From: an uncultured Gammaproteobacteria bacterium | GTDB taxonomy: Bacteria > Patescibacteriota > Patescibacteriia > UBA11705 > DATKZF01 | Length of the DNA: 64,000 nt | Assembly (NCBI GenBank): GCA_964411255.1 | Contig: CAYPKD010000003.1 | Location: 92,439 to 156,438 of the forward strand | Reading direction: 5' to 3' | Notes under the pieces: model-generated | What the model was told of the DNA's origin: nothing | Seen by the model: only the letters and a program-made list of their open reading frames with translations | Database searches by the model: none | Part shown: piece after piece, positions 57,107 through 64,000 of the stretch | Layout: the number at the start of each line of letters is the position of its first letter | Numbering within the stretch: position 1 is the stretch's first letter | Program-made: the position numbers and the translations under genes

Positions 57107-57244
57107 ATTTATACAATGAAAAATAAATTATCCTGATTCTATTATAACAAAAGCAGCTTTTGAGAGCTAATTTTTAAATTTGACTTTTTATATATCTGCC
57201 ATTAAGCTTATTTAACACAAGGAACCTGGAAAAGGAGGTGTTCG

Positions 57245-57556
57245 ATGTCAGAACAAGAACTTTTACACAAAAAAAGACAAGCCTTTGCGGCAGCTTATAT
57301 GCATATTTTAGAAATTTTAAAAAAAGAGATGGAAAAGGACTCTGATTTATGTCATCCAGGCATATTTGATTTAGATTTTATGGTATTTAGTGGATCTGTT
57401 GAATATGAAAGAATGAGATTGGGTATGAATACTCATATTGGATTGACTATTGTGTGTCAATTAATCAGGCATTGTGATGATATTCATTTTCATAAATGCC
57501 CTACTGATTTAGAATGTTGCTGTAAAAAAGAACAGCGTGACCAAACAAAGATATAA
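57245..57556 (+). CDS. Hypothetical Cys/His-rich protein
   Basis: AAAGGAGG SD; TTGACT-17-TAAGCT promoter. Confidence 0.6.
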   Translation: MSEQELLHKKRQAFAAAYMHILEILKKEMEKDSDLCHPGIFDLDFMVFSGSVEYERMRLGMNTHIGLTIVCQLIRHCDDIHFHKCPTDLECCCKKEQRDQTKI

Positions 57557-57589
57557 ATTGGTTTTAACTTAGGCAAGGAGGGAATAGTC

Positions 57590-57928
57590 ATGTGTTTGCC
57601 AATGACCTGCTGCGAAAGAGAAACAATGATAATTTTTGGTGAATGGTTATATTTTGCAAAATGGAATATTCGAGGCACTGGTAGAATTTTGTGTCAGGAA
57701 GTGATTGATAGAATTCCAACAGAAAAAAGGAGTAATCAATCACAAAGAGATAGTGGAGGAATTGATGTTCATTTAGCAATAGGTGAGAGGGGCAATTTTA
57801 GAGGATGTTATGATCATCCGATTGATGTTGATGAATTTCTTTTTTCAATTTCAGAGCAAACAGCAATGAAATATTTGCCAAAACTTTTTCAGGACATGAT
57901 TGAAAGCAGGGAAAAGCATGCAGCTTAA
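57590..57928 (+). CDS. Hypothetical protein
   Basis: AGGAGG SD; terminator follows. Confidence 0.6.
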   Translation: MCLPMTCCERETMIIFGEWLYFAKWNIRGTGRILCQEVIDRIPTEKRSNQSQRDSGGIDVHLAIGERGNFRGCYDHPIDVDEFLFSISEQTAMKYLPKLFQDMIESREKHAA

Positions 57929-58045
57929 ATAAACGACTTAAAATAGTCGTTTTTTGAATTATAAAACAGCTAGGATTGACAATTTTATAAACATTTGATA
58001 TAATTAAATGTTCGTTTGTGATTGTTTTATTCAATAGGAGGAATC

Positions 58046-58393
58046 ATGTCTGAGAAAAAAAAGAAGAGCCATTGGCCTCTGCTAATTGCCATTATTGCAA
58101 CACTATTTACTTTTGTTGGGATAGCGCTGTTTTTCATATCAAAATCAAATCAACCTGATTATTCTGCAAATCCGATTGAATGCATAAGTACAGTGTCTGT
58201 TCAGACAGGCATAAAAAATATGGACGAACTTTATATCAATAATAATAGCATAGGAGACATTCATTATATTAAAGGTTCAAATGGTTGCTTTGCCTTGTTG
58301 GTTTACAGCTATAATAGAAATAGAATTGATTTCACTTCAATCCCATGCGACCAAGTGCAGACATTTGCCAATACATGTGAGAAAGCCCAGTGA
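58046..58393 (+). CDS. Membrane-anchored hypothetical protein (4 Cys)
   Basis: AGGAGG SD; TTGACA-17-TATAAT promoter; N-terminal TM. Confidence 0.7.
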   Translation: MSEKKKKSHWPLLIAIIATLFTFVGIALFFISKSNQPDYSANPIECISTVSVQTGIKNMDELYINNNSIGDIHYIKGSNGCFALLVYSYNRNRIDFTSIPCDQVQTFANTCEKAQ

Positions 58394-58466
58394 GTAATAA
58401 CTTGCTGGGTTTTTAATTTTAAAAAGCTCAGATGAGCTTCTTTTGTGAAAATTTTACTGCCCTTTG

Positions 58467-58578
58467 CGTCATTCCCGCGCAGGCGGGAATCTATGAATTG
58501 TATTGTATGAAGCAAAGCAGTAAAATTTTATGCCACTGCAATAAATTGATGAGATCCCCGATCAGGTCGGGGATGACG
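58467..58578. repeat. Bipartite palindromic repeat (dRS3/REP-like)
   Basis: CGTCATTCCCGCGCAGGCGGGAATCT...AGATCCCCGATCAGGTCGGGGATGACG. Confidence 0.8.
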
Positions 58579-58608
58579 ACCGGGCTGCGGTATCTATTAA
58601 TTATTCGT

Positions 58609-58749
58609 TTATTTATCAGATTCAATTTTTTTATTATCAGTCTTTTCTGGCTGATGCGGTCTGGAACCCAAAACAGAAGCCATCACCATTGCCCAGGCAA
58701 TAATAATGCTTTTGAAGAATTTAAGTATTTTTTTAAGAAATCGTGACAT
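58609..58749 (-). CDS. 46-aa small protein overlapping the tig stop
   Basis: MSRFLKKILKFFKSIIIAWAMVMASVLGSRPHQPEKTDNKKIESDK. Confidence 0.5.
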   Translation of the reverse strand: MSRFLKKILKFFKSIIIAWAMVMASVLGSRPHQPEKTDNKKIESDK

Positions 58750-60040
58750 TATTTTTTAGAAACTCAATTACTTTTTTATTAGCAATTAAATTTTCAAAAT
58801 ATCTGCGCGCGTTTTCAGTCTTAATATTTTTTTCAAGCTGATCAAGTTGATTTTGATATTGAGGCTGAAGTTTATATGATGCTAAGGTTTTTTCCTGTTC
58901 TTCATCAATTTCTTTTTTTGTTGCCTTTAGTTCTTCTTTTTTAGCGATCGCCCTGATAGAAAGAGCTGTTTTTACGCGCTTTAGGGCATCAGCTGAAAAT
59001 TCCAAACGCATTTCTGCTTCTGATTTTTTTAGGTGATTTAAGTATTGCTGAAAATCCAATCCTTGTCTGGTTACATTATCTTCTAATTCATGAAGCATTT
59101 TGTGAGTTTCCTCATCAACCAGAATATCAGGAATTTCTTCAAACGTAGCTTTTTCAATAAGTTGTTCAATGATTTCAAATTCTTGCTTTTGAACTGCCTT
59201 TGCCTTTTTTTCATCCTCTAAATTTTTCTTAATTTGATTTTTTAAAGCTTCAACGGTCGGTACGCCCATGCCTTTGGCAAATTCTTCTGTTATTTCTGGC
59301 AAATCAATTTGATAAACAGCTAAAAGTTTGACTTTAAATTTTGCTAATTTGCCAGCAATTGTTTTTTGATGATAGTCTTTTGGGAATTCCAGATCAAATT
59401 CTTTTTCTTCATCTTTTTTCATGCCAATAATTTGTTCCTCAAAACCTGGAATCATTTTTTTATCCCCAATTACTAATGGATATTTTTTTGCCTCTCCGCC
59501 TTCAATCGGTACTTTATCTACACAAGTATTAAAATCAACCTCAACCCGATCGCGCTCTTTTACTTCTCGATCTACTAAGGTTTCTTTGGCTCGCATTTTT
59601 TTCAAGTCAGCTAAAACTTTTTCAATTTCAGAGTCTTCAATTTTAATTTCCTCAAGTTTTTTTGCCTTGATTTTTTTATACTCTGGCAATTCTACGCTAG
59701 GTAAAAGTGATACAGTTGCTTTGAATATAAAAGGATTTTTTGGAGCCATTTTTACAATATCAATTTTAGGCTGTTCAACTGTTTCAAAATTTTCCTGTTC
59801 AATTGCTTTATAATAATTTTCTGCAATCATGTCTTGTGACGCATTTTGATAAAGAGCCATTTCTCCAAATTGCCTCACTACAGTATCAAAAGGAGCTTTG
59901 CCTGGGCGAAAGCCTTTGATTGGTTTATCTTCAGATAGTCTTTCTGCAGCTTTTTCCAAATATGGCTTTACTTCCTTCTCAGACAGCTCAATAATTAATT
60001 CAATTTGTTTTTTAGGTAGTTCTTTTTTTGTAATATTCAT
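58733..60040 (-). CDS. tig: Trigger factor
   Basis: GFRPGKAP, MIPGFEEQI, FP.DY; start MNITKK. Confidence 0.97.
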   Translation of the reverse strand: MNITKKELPKKQIELIIELSEKEVKPYLEKAAERLSEDKPIKGFRPGKAPFDTVVRQFGEMALYQNASQDMIAENYYKAIEQENFETVEQPKIDIVKMAPKNPFIFKATVSLLPSVELPEYKKIKAKKLEEIKIEDSEIEKVLADLKKMRAKETLVDREVKERDRVEVDFNTCVDKVPIEGGEAKKYPLVIGDKKMIPGFEEQIIGMKKDEEKEFDLEFPKDYHQKTIAGKLAKFKVKLLAVYQIDLPEITEEFAKGMGVPTVEALKNQIKKNLEDEKKAKAVQKQEFEIIEQLIEKATFEEIPDILVDEETHKMLHELEDNVTRQGLDFQQYLNHLKKSEAEMRLEFSADALKRVKTALSIRAIAKKEELKATKKEIDEEQEKTLASYKLQPQYQNQLDQLEKNIKTENARRYFENLIANKKVIEFLKNNVTIS

Positions 60041-60054
60041 ATTAATGTTTGGGA

Positions 60055-60141
60055 AAAACAGATCAACGGATGGCAATAGATGAAACAGATATTAGATATT
60101 CTGATTTTCCATTGTATCCGTTTCAGATCTGTTGATCCGTG
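60055..60141. repeat. ACAGAT-type degenerate tandem/inverted repeat
   Basis: AACAGATCAACGGAT...ATCCGTTTCAGATCTGTTGATCCGT. Confidence 0.7.
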
Positions 60142-60246
60142 TATTAAAAAAATAATCATTTATCCAGATTATCATATATTAAGAAAGTAGTCAAGTAGAC
60201 TGGTAGAATAGTAGAACAATAAATCTTTATTTGAAATTAGCCATGA

Positions 60247-61209
60247 TCAAGCCTGCGCTGTTAGTACCAATGTTACAATGTAGGCAATGTAAAGCCCGAT
60301 AAAAATTCCCCCCTGCCATTTTTCTAATACATGCCTCTTGCCTATAAACATGAATAGGAATAAGAGAAAGGTGGCGATGATGCAAACAATAACGTCTCTG
60401 TTTAATACTGGTGAAAATTCTAAAGGCCGGATAGTTGCAGTTATTCCTAAAATCCAGAATAAGTTGAAAATATTTGATCCAACCACATTACCAACTGCAA
60501 TATCAGCCCTGCCTTTAAAAGCTGCGATTGCTGATGTTGCCAATTCAGGCAAAGAAGTGCCAATCGCCACAATGGTTAAACCAATGATCGCTTCGCTCAC
60601 ACCAAATGATTGGGCAATGACGATTGCGCCATCAACAATCCATTTTCCTCCAAAGGTCAAGCCGGCAAGCCCAACTAAAATCATTATTATCGACAGCCAA
60701 GTAGCGCGTTTTTTTATTGACGAGTCTTTTTCTTCACCTTGTACTTTAGCAATGCCAAAAGTGTAATAAATAAAAATTATAAAAAATGCCAGGAGTATTA
60801 ATCCGTCAATTCTGGTTAAAGCTGAAAATCCAAGTCTATCAATTAATCCGTCGTTTACCAATATAAATACAACTAAGATGGCTAAGAGACTAAGAGGTAC
60901 TTCCTTCCAGACAGTTCCTTTATGTACGCACAGGGCGCAGATTATTGCTGATACTCCTAATATTAATAAAATATTGGAAATATTACTTCCAATAATGTTA
61001 CCAATTGCCAGGTCTCCCTGACCCTTTATTGCAGAAATTATATTAACAACCAATTCAGGAGCAGAAGTACCAAAAGAAACAACTGTTAACCCAATTACTA
61101 AATTTGAAATTTTTAACTTTTTAGCAATTGAAGAAGCTCCATCAACTAAAAAGTCAGCGCCTTTAATCAATAAAACAAAACCAAGCACAAACAGAATATA
61201 GGTAAGCAT
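60247..61209 (-). CDS. Calcium/sodium antiporter (YrbG-like)
   Basis: GTSAPE and GTSLPE alpha-repeats, GN..GSNI. Confidence 0.93.
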   Translation of the reverse strand: MLTYILFVLGFVLLIKGADFLVDGASSIAKKLKISNLVIGLTVVSFGTSAPELVVNIISAIKGQGDLAIGNIIGSNISNILLILGVSAIICALCVHKGTVWKEVPLSLLAILVVFILVNDGLIDRLGFSALTRIDGLILLAFFIIFIYYTFGIAKVQGEEKDSSIKKRATWLSIIMILVGLAGLTFGGKWIVDGAIVIAQSFGVSEAIIGLTIVAIGTSLPELATSAIAAFKGRADIAVGNVVGSNIFNLFWILGITATIRPLEFSPVLNRDVIVCIIATFLLFLFMFIGKRHVLEKWQGGIFIGLYIAYIVTLVLTAQA

Positions 61210-61393
61210 ATGAATTTTTATTTTAATTCTTTTCAATTATACCATAAATATCACAGTGTGTTTATTATTTTGTGGATTATAATTTTTGAGTTTTGTAATT
61301 TTTTTGCTAAACTAACAGATATAGGAATTGGCTGGTGGCTGGTAGCTTGTAGCTTTTGTAAATCTACAAGCTAGCTTCTGCAAGTTACAAATT

Positions 61394-62188
61394 ATGTTTA
61401 AATGTATATTTATCGGCGACATTATGGGTAAAATCGGCCGTCAGGCAGTGACAAAGATTTTACCTAAATGGAAAAAACAATATAAACCGGATTTAATAAT
61501 TGCCAATGCAGAAAATTTGGCTCACGGAAAAGGAATAACTGAAAAGACAGTACAGGAAATGCTAAATTCTGGTATTGATTTTTTTACTTCAGGCAATCAT
61601 GTTTGGGATAAGAAAGAAGCGTATAAGATATTTGAAGATCCCAAAGCGCCTATTATCAGACCGGCCAACTATCCTCCTGGAGTACCTGGTGATGGTTATC
61701 GGATAATTGAGAGTGGAAAAAATAAAATTTTAATTGCCAATTTAATGGGCAGAGTTTTTTTTCGGGAAGATTTTGAATGTCCGTTTAGGACAATTGACCG
61801 GATTCTTGATTCAAAACCAAAAGATGTAAAGATTGTAATCCTAGATTTTCATGCTGAGGCCAGCTCAGAGAATAAGAGCATAGGATTTTATTTAAAAAAG
61901 AGAGCAAGTGCAGTTTTGGGAACTCATACTCATGTTGGCACCTGCGATTATGAAATTTTGGATAAACATACGGCATATGTTACGCAGGTTGGCATGGCTG
62001 GGGCAAAAAACTCCAGCTTAGGTATAAAATTTGAGCCGGTAATTGAAAATTATCTCACTCAGCTGCCAACAGGACATGAATTGGTAGAAAAAGGACTGAC
62101 TGAGATAAATGCGATTTATTTAGAAATTACGGACGATGGCAAAGCAAAAAAAATAAAAAAGCTTTACGAAGAAGTGCAAATTCGGTAA
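61394..62188 (+). CDS. YmdB-like phosphodiesterase
   Basis: GDIMG..GR, N.EN, SGNH.WD, RPANYP, DFHAE, GTHTH. Confidence 0.92.
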   Translation: MFKCIFIGDIMGKIGRQAVTKILPKWKKQYKPDLIIANAENLAHGKGITEKTVQEMLNSGIDFFTSGNHVWDKKEAYKIFEDPKAPIIRPANYPPGVPGDGYRIIESGKNKILIANLMGRVFFREDFECPFRTIDRILDSKPKDVKIVILDFHAEASSENKSIGFYLKKRASAVLGTHTHVGTCDYEILDKHTAYVTQVGMAGAKNSSLGIKFEPVIENYLTQLPTGHELVEKGLTEINAIYLEITDDGKAKKIKKLYEEVQIR

Positions 62189-62194
62189 AATGAA

Positions 62195-62294
62195 GTTACG
62201 AGATTTACAAGATCCACATACAAGATATTACGAGATTACAGGATAATTAAATATCTTGTACTATCTCGTATGCAAATCTCGTACATCTTGTAAC
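62195..62294. repeat. TACRAGAT tandem/inverted intergenic repeat
   Basis: TACGAGAT/TACAAGAT x5 then ATCTTGTA/ATCTCGTA x4. Confidence 0.75.
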
Positions 62295-62312
62295 AATTAA
62301 ATATAAAAAAAT

Positions 62313-62603
62313 ATGAACAAAGCTGAATTAGCCGGTGTCATCGCAGAAAAATGCGGTGTTACAAAAAAACAAGCAGAAGACATGATTGAATGTTTTGTAA
62401 GTACAACAATTTCAACATTAACAGCAGGCGGCGAGGTTGTGTTGACTGGGTTTGGTACTTTTTCTGCCAGAGTTCGAAAGGGCAGAATCGGAGTTAATCC
62501 TCAAAATCCGTCAGAAAAGATTGACATTCCGCCGACCACAGTTGCCAAGTTTAAGGCTGGCAAGGCACTAAAAGATTCACTTAAAGCTTCCACTTCCCAA
62601 TAA
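62313..62603 (+). CDS. hup: HU family DNA-binding protein
   Basis: MNKAEL, GFGTF, G.NP, FKAGK.LK. Confidence 0.96.
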   Translation: MNKAELAGVIAEKCGVTKKQAEDMIECFVSTTISTLTAGGEVVLTGFGTFSARVRKGRIGVNPQNPSEKIDIPPTTVAKFKAGKALKDSLKASTSQ

Positions 62604-62755
62604 ATTAGTGAAACAAAGGCCTCTGACAAGAGGCTTTTTTGATAGATAACAGTTTACAATTGAAAGTTGAAAGATGATTATTATCTGCGATTTGTATTAA
62701 ACTTAGCTAATATTCCTTGCTACTATTAGTGATTTATTTTATAATATAGTTAAAT

Positions 62756-63253
62756 ATGGAAAAAGAAAAAAAGCAATTTGATTTTTTAGAAGATTTTTTG
62801 CATGACAATCAAGATGTCTTTTTAAAGAATTTTAAAAAAAATTCTGAGGATGAAAGATGGGCTGAAAATGTTTACAAACCATTAATCGATAAAAATTCTG
62901 AGGTTTTTCAGGATGAGGATGAAGGCCAACTCGCTATTGATGTTTATCAGGATAAAAATAATATAATTGTTTTATCTGCCATAGCTGGAATAGATCCAGA
63001 TAAGCTTGACATTTCCCTGCACAATGATATATTGACTATTCGCGGAGAAAGAGCGATGGATAATGAGATTGACAATGAAAATTACTTTTACAAGGAATGC
63101 TATTGGGGTAAGTTTTCAAGATCAGTAATTTTACCAGTTGAGGTACGAGGTGATAAAATAAACGCCACCATAAAAGGTGGTATTCTAAAGGTTGTTTTAC
63201 CAAAGGTCAATCCAACCAAAAAGATTAAAGTTAAAGTGCTTGATGAAGATTAA
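62756..63253 (+). CDS. Hsp20/alpha-crystallin protein
   Basis: DVYQ, LTIRGER, YWG.FSRS..LP, G.L.V.LPK. Confidence 0.93.
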   Translation: MEKEKKQFDFLEDFLHDNQDVFLKNFKKNSEDERWAENVYKPLIDKNSEVFQDEDEGQLAIDVYQDKNNIIVLSAIAGIDPDKLDISLHNDILTIRGERAMDNEIDNENYFYKECYWGKFSRSVILPVEVRGDKINATIKGGILKVVLPKVNPTKKIKVKVLDED

Positions 63254-63262
63254 GATAAAAAT

Positions 63263-63484
63263 ATGAAAATTGAAGTTGTTTTAGATCGATTTGAGGAGGA
63301 CAAGGCTGTCTTGATTACAAAAGAAGGCAAGGAAATTATTATGCCAAGGCAATTAATAGAGGTAGATATAAAGCCAAAGGAGAGTTTGTGGCTCCAGCTG
63401 TCAGTAGATGCTGAAACTACTGAAAGAAACGCTGATCTGGCAAAAAAAATGTTAAATGAAATTATCTCAAAGGATGAGGAATAA
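63263..63484 (+). CDS. DUF3006-like protein
   Basis: VLDRFEEDKAVL motif. Confidence 0.75.
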   Translation: MKIEVVLDRFEEDKAVLITKEGKEIIMPRQLIEVDIKPKESLWLQLSVDAETTERNADLAKKMLNEIISKDEE

Positions 63485-63488
63485 AAAA

Positions 63489-64000
63489 ATGACAGCAGAA
63501 GATAAAAAAAGTGTAAAAAAATTTAAAGGCGTACTGTTTACAGTGGCGATTGTTTTTTTATTATTGGCTTTTGTTATTGGAGCTGTTTCAATTTATCAGA
63601 ATGTTCATCAGGAAAAAATTTATACTACAGTTTCAGTTGGAGATGTGAAGTTGGCAAAGATGTCTATTGAAGAGGCGAGTGAAGTTTTACAAACATCATT
63701 TAGGCAGACTTATAAAGACGGTTTTACTTTTTATTATGGAGATCAGGAAGTTACTATTTTAAATAATTACGAAGTAATTCAAGGAGTGGAAAGATCCATT
63801 TTAGAAGTGGATTTTGAAAAAACAGCTCAAAATGCATTTTGGGTGGGACGCTCTGGTAAAATATTTGTTGATTTAAAAGATCAATTGCTAACATTTTTAG
63901 GAGCAAAGAAAATTAAACCGGAAATTAAATTTGATAAGGAATATTTAAAGCAGCAATTAATAGAAAATTTTCAGCAATTCGAGGATCGGGCAGAATCAGC
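63489..64000 (+). CDS. Membrane-anchored PG-binding/VanW-like protein, runs off window edge
   Basis: MTAEDKK..., TM, then KIY..VSVGDV.L...S.EEA and AF.VGR pattern; open to window end. Confidence 0.65.
   Translation, partial: MTAEDKKSVKKFKGVLFTVAIVFLLLAFVIGAVSIYQNVHQEKIYTTVSVGDVKLAKMSIEEASEVLQTSFRQTYKDGFTFYYGDQEVTILNNYEVIQGVERSILEVDFEKTAQNAFWVGRSGKIFVDLKDQLLTFLGAKKIKPEIKFDKEYLKQQLIENFQQFEDRAES

Overview
AT-rich bacterial chromosome segment spanning the replication origin (yidD-rnpA-rpmH <> dnaA-oriC-dnaN), with two perfect parS sites about 46 kb from oriC. Gene content and order suggest a Patescibacteria/CPR-type genome using genetic code 11 (inference). It holds about 70 CDS (replication, repair, RNA processing, surface glycosylation, many orphans), 9 intact tRNAs and one disrupted tRNA copy. 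Main leads: (1) short palindromic elements inserted exactly at tRNA ends (7 of 9 CCA ends, two 5' ends), each with an inverted copy and usually a direct duplication of its own target, with a small GIY-YIG nuclease gene behind one copy; (2) a RiPP-like locus (YxxP-leader Cys precursor, RRE-radical SAM with truncated SPASM, ABC-F) bounded by ~40-bp direct repeats; (3) an unassigned ~390-nt structured, apparently pseudoknotted RNA with its own consensus promoter; (4) housekeeping genes lack Shine-Dalgarno sites while orphan genes sit in promoter/SD/terminator cassettes, several flanked by duplicated terminator-promoter junctions; (5) two small ORFs missed by the ORF track. All calls come from reading the sequence by eye; no searches were run.
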